In this document: positions 36,884 through 49,206 of the stretch, piece by piece
Layout: every line of letters starts with the position of its first letter
How positions within the stretch are numbered: the stretch's first letter is position 1
Assembly (NCBI GenBank): GCA_964187785.1
Contig: OZ076412.1
Span: forward strand, 25,048,001 to 25,112,000
Length of the DNA stretch: 64,000 nt
Source: Amphiscolops sp. MND2022
Lineage: Eukaryota
Direction of reading: 5' to 3'
Made by a program: the position numbers and the translations under genes
Notes under the pieces: model-generated
The model's database searches: none
What the model saw: only the letters and a program-made list of their open reading frames with translations
What the model was told of the DNA's origin: nothing

Positions 36884-39800
36884 AAAACAAACAGGGAAAG
36901 GCCCAAGTCGGCGCCCTGCTCAAGGTTCAAAAAGAGCAAGGGGTTTTGAATATGCGAAGGGACACTTTTGTGAAAATTGTTAAATCAAATTGGCAGAGCC
37001 AAAAAATACTTAGAAAGATACCCATGAGACTTAACAACCGATTTTACCCTAACTCGAAACATCAAAAACCCTATTTTTGAAAACAAAAATGTCGAAAATT
37101 ACAATTTTAAAGGGAAAAATCAAACAATCTCGAAGAATCCAGAAGGAGACCCACTTAGGTCGCAAAACACTTTTTCCAAGCCAAAAGTTTTTTTAGAAAG
37201 GATAAAGGCACCATTTGACCGAATGAATTTTTTTCAAGAAACATCGCACAGTGCTGAAGAAAAACCTAGTTCTATTACGCAGGTATTAAGTGAAACTTTA
37301 TCAGCCCCACATAAAATATATCAAGATAACACCCTTAAGACTCCAAACTTAGTTTTCCTTAACAGAAAACCTCAAAAAATGTGTCACAAAAAGTTTTTGT
37401 AAAGTACTTCTAAAATGTCTGCGACAAATCGAACAGTGTTGAGAAATTCTAAGGGAATAAAAACACAATTGCTATCTATGCTCAAAAAACTGAAAGGCGA
37501 CTCCGTTTAAAAAACTCAGAGAAAAGGTCACATAGTGCCAAAAAAACCTCCGGAAGGGGGACCTTTTGCTCATTCCTCTCCCCCGTTTTCCTGCTTTTCA
37601 GGCCCTGTCTTCAGGACTGGGATGCTTTGTTAAAAACAGGGCTAAATGGTTCATGAAATAAAGTTACTGCATGAAGCAAGCTTGTTGAAGTTTATGAAAA
37701 CTTATACAAGTGGACGTTTCACTTTGACTGACGAAAAACTTGACTTGCCAATGAAAGAACCTCGCAATTTTTACTTGTTACAACGCCCACCAAAAACATT
37801 CCACAATTTTTTTCAGTATTTTCTATCAGCATTTTACATTTATTGTACCGATTTTTAAAATAGAACAACACTAATAAAAGTTTTCGTCCGGCGCTTTGGG
37901 GCTTCAAGTGAAATGACGTCTCTTCACGATAAATTTGAAACACAAATCAGTCAAAATTGCCGTGAATGGGCTGAAAATGATTCAAAAATCAACCTTTCTT
38001 ATTCTTGATAGGGAATCAGCTACGCTTGCTATGAACGGAGATCATCGTGTTCTGTGGTATCCACAGTCTAGACCCTGTTTTGGAACCGTAGCGCGTCGAA
38101 ATGTGAGTCATTGGACGCAGATGATAGAATAGAAACAATTTTAAAAAATCAAACAATCAATTCGTTTCAGTCGAATCTTTTTTACTAGTGCGAATGTCAT
38201 AGATGAGTTTTTCTTATGAGACTTCGGATGAGCTGTTTCTTAAATCTCTGATACGTTTTTTATCTTCTTGACATATTCCAAATGGGAACCAAAAATCTTT
38301 CACCTACTGCTATTTTGCTCCGTTTCGCCCAGTTCTAACTTCTCAAAAATTACTGAGAGTTCTTCAACAGAAAACAGAGATTAAAAAGTTAAAACTGAAA
38401 CGTTACCGGTACATTATTTTGAAAGTGGCTTCACACTCGCAAAGAACAGGGTAAAAAGTTGATTTCCGGAACATATTTTTGCACAGGGGTATTTTCATTT
38501 CAAATATTTGTTTCTTGAGCTCAATATAGCGTGACCTGAACTTTGGCTGTTTATAGATAGGTAGTAATGTATGAAAAACTGTGGGTTTTTAAGTATACGT
38601 TCAGAAGACAAACAATAGTCAGTAAAAACATGTGGTATATACCGTTTTTGCTGCCTTTTTTGCTATTCAAATGCCTAGACTATTGATCGGTTTCTAGCTG
38701 ATATTAAAAATTCCGATGTCTCACTAGCTTAGGCAATTGACGCGGATTAGCTTTATAGACCGTTTCAAAAAGTTCGCGAGACTAGGTACCAGTCACAAAA
38801 TGGGGCTGCATGTCGTATTGGGGTTTCGGTCGCCAACTTTTTGGAACGGTCTATTCATACTGTTTTGCAAAGATACATGCTGTCATTGCAAATTTTACTG
38901 GCAGTGGAGAACGAAACATCTAAAAACAAACCGGGAAACGCCCAAGTCGGCGCCCCGCTCAAGGTTCAAAAAGGGCAAAGTGTTTTGAATATGCGAAGGG
39001 ACACTTTTGTGAAAACTGTCAAATCAAATTCGCAGAGCCAAAAAATCCTGAAAAGAAACCCATGAGACTCAAAACTCGTTTTTACTCTAACTCAATCATC
39101 AAAAACCCAATTTTTTGAAAAAATTGTCGAAAATTACATTTTCTAAAGGGAAAGGTCTAACAGTCCCGAAGAATCCAGAAGGAGACCCACTTAGGTCGCA
39201 AAACACTTTTTCCAAGCCAAAAGTTTTTTTAGAAAGGATAAAGGCACCATTTGACCGAATGAATTTTTTTCAAGAAACATCGCACAGTGCTGAACAAAAC
39301 CCAGTTCTTTTCCGCAGGTATTAAGTAAAATCTTATCAGTCCCACCTAAAAATTATCAAGACACCACCCTTAAGACTCCAAACTTAGTTTTTTGGAACAG
39401 AAAACCTCAAAAATTGTGTGACAAAAAGTTTTTGTAAAGTATTTCTAAAATGTATGCGACAAATTGAACAGTGTCGAGATATTCTAAGGGGATAAAAACA
39501 CAATTGTTATCTATGCTCAAAAAACTCAATGGCGACTCCGTTTGAAAAATCAAAGAAAAGGTCACATAGTGCCAAAATACCTCCAGAAGGGGGACACTTT
39601 GCTCATTCCTCTCCCCCGCTTTCCTGCTTTTCAGGCCCTGTCTTTAGGACTGGGATGCCTTGTTGAAAACAGGGCTAAATGGTTCATGAATTAAATTTAC
39701 GGCATGAAGCAAGCTTGTTGAAGTTTATGAAAACTTATACAAGTGGACGTTTCACTATGACTGACGAAAAAACTTGACTTGCTAATGTAAGAACCTCGCA

Positions 39801-40307
39801 ATTTTTAATTGTTACAACGCCCACTAAAAACAGTCCACAATTTTTTTCAGTATTCTCCATCAGCATTTTACATTTATTTTACAGATTTTTAAAATAGAAC
39901 AACACTAATAAAAGTTTTCGTCCGGCGCTTTGGGGCTTCAAGTGAAATGACGTCTCTTCACGATAAATTTGAAACACAAATCAGTCAAAATTGCCGTGAA
40001 TGGGCTGAAAATGATTCAAAAATCAACCTTTCTTATTCTTGATAGGGAATCAGCCACGCTTGCTATGAACGGAGACCATCGTGTTTTGTGGTATCCACAG
40101 CTTAGACAGCTCAAACAATCAGTTCGTTCCAGTCGAATATTTTTTCCAGTGCGAATGTCATAGATGAGTTTTTCTTATGAGACTTCGGATGAGCTGTTTC
40201 TTAAATCTCTGATACGTTTTTTATCTTCTTGACATATTCCAAATGGGAACCAAAAATCTTTCACCTTCTGTTATTTTGCTCCGTTTCGCCCAGTTCTAAC
40301 TTCTCAA

Positions 40308-40590
40308 AAATTACTGAGAGTTCTTCAACAGAAAACAGAGATTAAAAAGTTAAAACTGAAACGTTACCGGTACATTATTTTGAAAGTGGCTTCACACTGG
40401 CAAATTACTGAGAGTTCTTCAACAGAAAACAGAGATTAAAAAGTTAAAACTGAAACGTTACCGGTACATTATTTTGAAAGTGGCTTCACACTGGCAAATT
40501 ACTGAGAGTTCTTCAACAGAAAACAGAGATTAAAAAGTTAAAACTGAAACGTTACCGGTACATTATTTTGAAAGTGGCTTCACACTGGCA
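40308..40590. repeat. 94-bp subrepeat x3 in the array (x1 at 38350, x3 at 42460, x2 at 44610)
   Basis: TTACTGAGAG starts at 40311/40405/40499, 42460/42554/42648 and 44610/44704. Confidence 0.95.
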
Positions 40591-43500
40591 AAGAACAGGG
40601 TAAAAAGTTGATTTCCGGAACATATTTTTGCACAGGGGTATTTTCATTTCAAATATTTATATCTTGAGCTCAATATAGCGTGACATGAACTTTGGCTGTT
40701 TATAGATAGGTAGTAATGTATGAAAAACTGTGGGTTTTCAAGTATACGTTCAGAAGACAAACAATAGTCAGTAAAAACATGTGGTATATACCGTTTTTGC
40801 TGCCTTTTTTGCTATTCAAATGCCTAGACTATTGATCGGTTTCTAGCTGATATTAAAAATTCCGATGTCTCACTAGCTTAGGCAATTGACGCGGATTAGC
40901 TTTATAGACCGTTTCAAAAAGTTCGCGAGACTAGGTACCAGTCACAAAATGGGGCTGCATGTCGTATTGGGGTTTCGGTCGCCAACTTTTTGGAACGGTC
41001 TATTCATACTGTTTTGCAAAGATACATGCTGTCATTGCAAATTTTACTGGCAGTGGAGAACGAAACATCTAAAAACAAACCGGGAAACGCCCAAGTCGGC
41101 GCCCCGCTCAAGGTTCAAAAAGGGCAAAGTGTTTTGAATATGCGAAGGGACACTTTTGTGAAAACTGTCAAATCAAATTCGCAGAGCCAAAAAATCCTGA
41201 AAAGAAACCCATGAGACTCAAAACTCGTTTTTACTCTAACTCAATCATCAAAAACCCAATTTTTTGAAAAAATTGTCAAAAATTACATTTTCTAAAGGGA
41301 AAGGTCTAACAGTCCCGAAGAATCCAGAAGGAGACCCACTTAGGTCGCAAAACACTTTTTCCAAGCCAAAAGTTTTTTTAGAAAGGATAAAGGCACCATT
41401 TGACCGAATGAATTTTTTTCAAGAAACATCGCACAGTGCTGAACAAAACCCAGTTCTTTTCCGCAGGTATTAGGTAAAATCTTATCAGTCCCACCTAAAA
41501 ATTATCAAGACACCACCCTTAAGACTCCAAACTTAGTTTTTTGGAACAGAAAACCTCAAAAATTGTGTGACAAAAAGTTTTTGTAAAGTATTTCTAAAAT
41601 GTATGCGACAAATTGAACAGTGTCGAGATATTCTAAGGGGATAAAAACACAATTGTTATCTATGCTCAAAAAACTCAATGGCGACTCCGTTTGAAAAATC
41701 AAAGAAAAGGTCACATAGTGCCAAAATACCTCCAGAAGGGGGACACTTTGCTCATTCCTCTCCCCCGCTTTCCTGCTTTTCAGGCCCTGTCTTTAGGACT
41801 GGGATGCCTTGTTGAAAACAGGGCTAAATGGTTCATGAATTAAATTTACGGCATGAAGCAAGCTTGTTGAAGTTTATGAAAACTTATACAAGTGGACGTT
41901 TCACTATGACTGACGAAAAAACTTGACTTGCTAATGTAAGAACCTCGCAATTTTTAATTGTTACAACGCCCACTAAAAACAGTCCACAATTTTTTTCAGT
42001 ATTCTCCATCAGCATTTTACATTTATTTTACAGATTTTTAAAATAGAACAACACTAATAAAAGTTTTCGTCCGGCGCTTTGGGGCTTCAAGTGAAATGAC
42101 GTCTCTTCACGATAAATTTGAAACACAAATCAGTCAAAATTGCCGTGAATGGGCTGAAAATGATTCAAAAATCAACCTTTCTTATTCTTGATAGGGAATC
42201 AGCCACGCTTGCTATGAACGGAGACCATCGTGTTTTGTGGTATCCACAGCTTAGACAGCTCAAACAATCAGTTCGTTCCAGTCGAATATTTTTTCCAGTG
42301 CGAATGTCATAGATGAGTTTTTCTTATGAGACTTCGGATGAGCTGTTTCTTAAATCTCTGATACGTTTTTTATCTTCTTGACATATTCCAAATGGGAACC
42401 AAAAATCTTTCACCTTCTGTTATTTTGCTCCGTTTCGCCCAGTTCTAACTTCTCAAAAATTACTGAGAGTTCTTCAACAGAAAACAGAGATTAAAAAGTT
42501 AAAACTGAAACGTTACCGGTACATTATTTTGAAAGTGGCTTCACACTGGCAAATTACTGAGAGTTCTTCAACAGAAAACAGAGATTAAAAAGTTAAAACT
42601 GAAACGTTACCGGTACATTATTTTGAAAGTGGCTTCACACTGGCAAATTACTGAGAGTTCTTCAACAGAAAACAGAGATTAAAAAGTTAAAACTGAAACG
42701 TTACCGGTACATTATTTTGAAAGTGGCTTCACACTGGCAAAGAACAGGGTAAAAAGTTGATTTCCGGAACATATTTTTGCACAGGGGTATTTTCATTTCA
42801 AATATTTATATCTTGAGCTCAATATAGCGTGACATGAACTTTGGCTGTTTATAGATAGGTAGTAATGTATGAAAAACTGTGGGTTTTCAAGTATACGTTC
42901 AGAAGACAAACAATAGTCAGTAAAAACATGTGGTATATACCGTTTTTGCTGCCTTTTTTGCTATTCAAATGCCTAGACTATTGATCGGTTTCTAGCTGAT
43001 ATTAAAAATTCCGATGTCTCACTAGCTTAGGCAATTGACGCGGATTAGCTTTATAGACCGTTTCAAAAAGTTCGCGAGACTAGGTACCAGTCACAAAATG
43101 GGGCTGCATGTCGTATTGGGGTTTCGGTCGCCAACTTTTTGGAACGGTCTATTCATACTGTTTTGCAAAGATACATGCTGTCATTGCAAATTTTACTGGC
43201 AGTGGAGAACGAAACATCTAAAAACAAACCGGGAAACGCCCAAGTCGGCGCCCCGCTCAAGGTTCAAAAAGGGCAAAGTGTTTTGAATATGCGAAGGGAC
43301 ACTTTTGTGAAAACTGTCAAATCAAATTCGCAGAGCCAAAAAATCCTGAAAAGAAACCCATGAGACTCAAAACTCGTTTTTACTCTAACTCAATCATCAA
43401 AAACCCAATTTTTTGAAAAAATTGTCAAAAATTACATTTTCTAAAGGGAAAGGTCTAACAGTCCCGAAGAATCCAGAAGGAGACCCACTTAGGTCGCAAA

Positions 43501-45894
43501 ACACTTTTTCCAAGCCAAAAGTTTTTTTAGAAAGGATAAAGGCACCATTTGACCGAATGAATTTTTTTCAAGAAACATCGCACAGTGCTGAACAAAACCT
43601 AGTTCTTTTCCGCAGGTATTAAGTAAAATCTTATCAGTCCCACCTAAAAATTATCAAGACACCACCCTTAAGACTCCAAACTTAGTTTTTTGGAACAGAA
43701 AACCTCAAAAATTGTGTGACAAAAAGTTTTTGTAAAGTATTTCTAAAATGTATGCGACAAATTGAACAGTGTCGAGATATTCTAAGGGGATAAAAACACA
43801 ATTGCTATCTATGCTCAAAAAACTCAATGGCGACTCCGTTTGAAAAATCAAAGAAAAGGTCACATAGTGCCAAAATACCTCCAGAAGGGGGACACTTTGC
43901 TCATTCCTCTCCCCCGCTTTCCTGCTTTTCAGGCCCTGTCTTTAGGACTGGGATGCCTTGTTGAAAACAGGGCTAAATGGTTCATGAATTAAATTTACGG
44001 CATGAAGCAAGCTTCTTGAAGTTTATGAAAACTTATACAAGTGGACGTTTCACTATGACTGACGAAAAAACTTGACTTGCTAATGTAAGAACCTCGCAAT
44101 TTTTAATTGTTACAACGCCCACTAAAAACAGTCCACAATTTTTTTCAGTATTTTCCATCAGCATTTTACATTTATTTTACAGATTTTTAAAATAGAACAA
44201 CACTAATAAAAGTTTTCGTCCGGCGCTTTGGGGCTTCAAGTGAAATGACGTCTCTTCACGATAAATTTGAAACACAAATCAGTCAAAATTGCCGTGAATG
44301 GGCTGAAAATGATTCAAAAATCAACCTTTCTTATTCTTGATAGGGAATCAGCCACGCTTGCTATGAACGGAGACCATCGTGTTTTGTGGTATCCACAGCT
44401 TAGACAGCTCAAACAATCAGTTCGTTCCAGTCGAATATTTTTTACTAGTGCGAATGTCATAGATGAGTTTTTCTTATGAGACTTCGGATGAGCTGTTTCT
44501 TAAATCTCTGATACGTTTTTTATCTTCTTGACATATTCCAAATGGGAACCAAAAATCTTTCACCTTCTGTTATTTTGCTCCGTTTCGCCCAGTTCTAACT
44601 TCTCAAAAATTACTGAGAGTTCTTCAACAGAAAACAGAGATTAAAAAGTTAAAACTGAAACGTTACCGGTACATTATTTTGAAAGTGGCTTCACACTGGC
44701 AAATTACTGAGAGTTCTTCAACAGAAAACAGAGATTAAAAAGTTAAAACTGAAACGTTACCGGTACATTATTTTGAAAGTGGCTTCACACTGGCAAAGAA
44801 CAGGGTAAAAAGTTGATTTCCGAAACATATTTTTGCACAGGGGTATTTTCATTTCAAATATTTATATCTTGAGCTCAATATAGCGTGACATGAACTTTGG
44901 CTGTTTATAGATAGGTAGTAATGTATGAAAAACTGTGGGTTTTCAAGTATACGTTCAGACAATATAATAGTCAGAAAGAGAAGTCTTCACACTAGAAAGG
45001 AGTTTTTGTTTTAGCATTCAAGAAACAGGCCTTTGTTTTTGTTTCAGCCTTTTCTGAAAAAAACAGAAACTTTCTTATAGGCTTACAAAAAGGAAATCTA
45101 GTAAACGCAAATTCTTGCCTTGAATTTTCCGGACATTTCCCCCAAATTGTTGCATACGGTGAAAACGGTAAGTTGGCTATATTTTGCCCGTTCAATTGAC
45201 TTCATTATAAGTTTTTTCGTACAACTGATTTCAGTCATTCAAGAAACTCGATCAGCAGCCTTTGTTTTCAAATTCATAGTCTCTGAACGAATTAAATTTG
45301 CGGCCATTCGAAAAATTAATTTTGTGATGAACAGCCAAATTATGAGAAGGGCTGGGGCTCAGGCGCTGTCTTCAGGACTGGGATACCTTGTTGAAAACAG
45401 GGCCAAATGGCATATGAATTGAAGTTACGGCATGAAGCAAGCTTGTTGAAGTTTAAGAAAACTTATAAAAGTGGACGTTTCACTTTGACTGACGAAAAAA
45501 CTTGACTTGCCAATGTAAGAACATCGCAATTTTTACTTGTTAAAACGCCCACCAAAAACAGTCCACAATTTGTTTCAGGAATTGTCATCAAGATGCGGCT
45601 GGGGTATCCAGAGTGGAAGTAGTTGACGCCCTGAAAGTTGTTGAAAATGTGATCATCAAAAACCCTACCAAGCTCTCCACTTATTTTCAGTATCTTTGCA
45701 ACAAAGAATTGTTTCGGCCGTGCCAAAGAATTCAGAAAACCGATTGTTAACGGTTTAAAAAATGCTCCAGGAAAGTTACGAGAAAACATATGTCCTTCAA
45801 TTGTCTAAATTAATATTTTGATTTTTTGACAAGATGGTTCGTCATTACTTACACAATTGAAGGAAGGTTAATTTTCATCAACAGTTTTATAGTC

Positions 45895-46092
45895 TGTAGA
45901 GGACAGACAAACTCTAACACAAACTAATTAGGCTGCCTTTTTGTTATATTGATGCTATTTATAGTTTTGTACCTGCCTGCCACTTAAGAGCAGATGAAGT
46001 CTATCACTTGATAATTAAAAAAAGAGAGATAGCTAGAGAACAGTTGAATCTTATACAACGATTCTTTTACAAGTTTCAAACAGAATACAACA
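45895..46092 (+). repeat. 5' LTR (198 bp)
   Basis: TGTAGA...ACAACA; 6 substitutions and 1 indel versus the 3' LTR. Confidence 0.95.
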
Positions 46093-46105
46093 TGGCGCAG
46101 TCAGC
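46093..46105 (+). promoter_or_regulatory. Primer-binding site (probably tRNA-Ser)
   Basis: TGGCGCAGTCAGC, complementary to a tRNA ending ...GACTGCG-CCA as in metazoan tRNA-Ser. Confidence 0.75.
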
Positions 46106-46148
46106 GTAACCGTAGAGTTACCAAAGAACAAGCACATCAACTCCAAAG

Positions 46149-47438
46149 ATGGACGACAACACAAACACTACTCCACGGAACGGAGTCACCAACAGGACGT
46201 CGGCGGGAAATCAATCGAGTGACCAACCGCTACCAAATGACACACTCAATAGAACCAATGAACGGACGTGTACACAGAAATTAACCATCCCAACATTGGA
46301 AAAACAAGATCACACCAATGCCAACATGTGGTGGCGAAAGTTCGTACAGTATATAAAAATGACCAAGGACTTGGATTTATCAAAGATGACAAACAACAAA
46401 GAGATACTGCCACAATACCGTGACCAATTGGAAACGGAAATAAAGGACATATTCCTATGGGCAATTGGACAAAACGCAATCACGGAAATGACCAAGACGG
46501 TTAGAGAAAGAGAACCAAGCTCACTCCCGTTACACAAGTTATATACATTATTCCGGTTACACTTCACACCGGAAAGAAATGTTCAACACAGCAGAGCCGA
46601 CTTCTTCGACCTCAAACGGGAAGACGGAGAGTCCGCGGCGGATGTATGGAAACGAATACTAGAAGTCGAGAAAAATTGCGAATTTGAAACAATAACCGCG
46701 GCAGAACTTCTAGCATCAAAATTCCTATTCGTCATCGGAAAATCAACAGGTGACTATGACCTCAAAAAGAAAATTAGAAAAAGTGACATGTCAATAGAGG
46801 CAATCACCGAGGCATTACATGAATACATGTACGAGAAATTGAACGACTCACCTGAAACAGAGGAAGAGAAGAAAATCAGATACCTAAATAAAAGAAAAAC
46901 AAGGAATACAATAGACTTGTCGGAAAAACCGACAAAAGTCAAAAAAGTAGACTGCAACAGATGCGGAGCACCCAATTGGTCCAGACAACATGAATGCCCG
47001 GCCAAAAGAAAGAAGTGCATGAAATGTGAAAAAATCGGACACTACGCAAAATATTGTAGAACAAACAAAAGAGTAAACCACGTACAGGACGATGAGTCAA
47101 GCAGCGCGGAAGAAGACGACTGGTCTCCAAACACAATCCATTCAGTAAATCAAATGGTACATTCAACACGCCAAACAAAGAAGAACGGTCCAGAATTCTT
47201 CACCCTCACCGCATTGGTTAACAATCGGCCAATCAAATTTATAATAGATAGTGGCTCACCGGTAACCTTAATACCGAAGTCACAGTTCAACAGCACAACA
47301 CCATTGAGACCGATTGGAACCGAATACAGAGATGTGAATGACAACCGAATGAAATTCGAGGGAAAACACAATTGCACTAGTCGAAATAAACGGGAAACGG
47401 AACAACTTAGAAGTCCTAATAACAACAAAGAAAACTAA
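46149..47438 (+). CDS. gag: Gag with CCHC knuckle plus aspartic protease (frameshifted at ~47367)
   Basis: CMKCEKIGHYAKYC zinc knuckle; FIIDSGSPVTLI protease motif. Confidence 0.9.
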   Translation: MDDNTNTTPRNGVTNRTSAGNQSSDQPLPNDTLNRTNERTCTQKLTIPTLEKQDHTNANMWWRKFVQYIKMTKDLDLSKMTNNKEILPQYRDQLETEIKDIFLWAIGQNAITEMTKTVREREPSSLPLHKLYTLFRLHFTPERNVQHSRADFFDLKREDGESAADVWKRILEVEKNCEFETITAAELLASKFLFVIGKSTGDYDLKKKIRKSDMSIEAITEALHEYMYEKLNDSPETEEEKKIRYLNKRKTRNTIDLSEKPTKVKKVDCNRCGAPNWSRQHECPAKRKKCMKCEKIGHYAKYCRTNKRVNHVQDDESSSAEEDDWSPNTIHSVNQMVHSTRQTKKNGPEFFTLTALVNNRPIKFIIDSGSPVTLIPKSQFNSTTPLRPIGTEYRDVNDNRMKFEGKHNCTSRNKRETEQLRSPNNNKEN

Positions 47439-47586
47439 CCCCTTATTAGGCTTGGATTGGATGGAGAAACTGTGAATAACACTCGATACCAATAAAATTG
47501 ATCCTCAGGTAAACCATGTAATCGAGGACTCGGACGTAACCGTCCTGAAGAAAAGATTTAAAACACTCTTCAACGAAAACCACACC

Positions 47587-48804
47587 GTGAATGGAATTGA
47601 GGTAAAAATACAACTGAAAGAAGACGCAAGACTGATACAGCAAAAAGGGAGACCAATACCGATCCACTTACAACAATCGGTCGGGAAAGAAATAAATAAA
47701 CTCATAAAACAAGGCCACGTCGAAAAAGCGAACAACATAGACGAAAATTGCTTTGTCAGCCCGGCCGTAATCACGGTAAAGAAAGATAAGTCGGTAAAAA
47801 TTGCACTGGACTCACGGAAACTCAACGAAATTACCATCAAAAGAAAGGCACAAATGCCCAACATGGAGGAATTAATTTCCAGAATTTCAAGAAAAATTGC
47901 AGATGGCCCAGCAGACGAAATCTGGACATCAAAACTCGATCTGGATTATGCATATGGCCAGCTAATCCTATCCAAAGAAGCCCAAAACCTATGCATTTTC
48001 GCCGTAACCGGCGGGGACTTCACCGGATACTACCGGTTCCTAAAGGGATTCTACGGGTTGGCGGACATACCGACCATCTTTCAAGAGAAAATCGACCAAA
48101 CACTGGAAAACAAACACCCAGCATGGCTAGACGACATCATCATCGTAACAAAAGGATCAAAAGAACAACATAAAAAAGAACTAATAGAAGTTCTAACCCG
48201 GCTGGAAAATGCCGAGTACAGACTCAGCGGAAACAAATCCGAATTTTTCAAATCCGAGATAGAATGGATCGGTCAAAAAATAGACCAAAACGGTATTAGA
48301 CCGTTACAAGACAAACTGATGGCGATAATAAATCTGAAACAACCCAATAACGAAAAAGAATTAAAATCATTTCTGGGAGCCATCCAATATCTATCCAAGT
48401 ACATAGACAATCTCTCCGCCCAAACAGACAGTTTGAGACAGTTATTGAAGAAAGACAACGAATGGATTTGGACGGAAGAACATACGGCGGCATTCGAAAA
48501 TCTCAAGCAAAAAATCACGGAAATACCGTGTCTGGCTCATTACAATTCGGATTATCATAACATAATAACAACCGACGCCAGTACAAAAGGCCTCGGCGCA
48601 ACACTCTGGCAAGAACAACCAGACGGAAGTTTAAAACCAATAGTTTTCGCAAGTCGATTCCTCTCAGACACCGAAAAGAAATACGCAATCAATGAACTCG
48701 AACTATTAGCCGCAGTCTGGGGATTAGAACACTTCCGATTATACGTTTACGGTAAGCCGATTAAATTACTCACGGACCACCAAGCACTCGAACCATCGAT
48801 TTAA
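47587..48804 (+). pseudogene. pol: Pol: reverse transcriptase plus RNase H, bounded by premature stops (TGA 47473, TAA 48802)
   Basis: ALDSRKLN, FYGLADIPTIFQ, WLDDIII, TDAS..GLGATLWQ, ELELLA, TDHQAL. Confidence 0.93.
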
Positions 48805-48858
48805 CGAAACCGATCCAATAAAACGTACAGCGCGCGACTGACAAGGTGGCTGGACCGG

Positions 48859-49194
48859 TTGGCACATTTCACCATTACTGTAAGCCATATCGCAGGCAAA
48901 CATTTAGCACTTACGGATTACTTGAGCAGAAATCCGTCAGCGCCGCCGCAAACAGACGAAGCGTACGACGAAGAATACGTCATCAATAACGTCATCCCGC
49001 ACTACAAATTTATCTCCAAGCACGGTTGCCTTAGCAACCACGTTAACCAATCAGAAAGCGAGACGGTCGAAAACGGATGCAAAGCAAATAACAAACCGCG
49101 GTCACAGGACGCGCGCAAACAAATTGCCATTGATTGCCTTAACAGCTCAGCATTAACACGCAACGCTTTAGAAAGTTTCAAAATGGACATCTAA
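48859..49194 (+). pseudogene. pol: Pol continuation (end of RNase H; same frame; stop 49192)
   Basis: HIAGKHLALTDYLSR, the typical RNase H C-terminal motif. Confidence 0.85.
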
Positions 49195-49206
49195 ACAATT
49201 GATAAT

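Larger units (their letters stand above)
36080..44957. repeat. Tandem array of ~2.15-kb units (diverged unit A 36080-38620, near-identical units B, C, D)
   Basis: ORF sets recur at a 2149-bp period (38737/40886/43035; 39969/42118/44267). Confidence 0.97.

Noticed and set aside
45579-45760. Possible plus-strand exon (NCHQDAAGVSRVEVVDALKVVENVIIK)
   Set aside because: Isolated; no compatible neighbouring exons found
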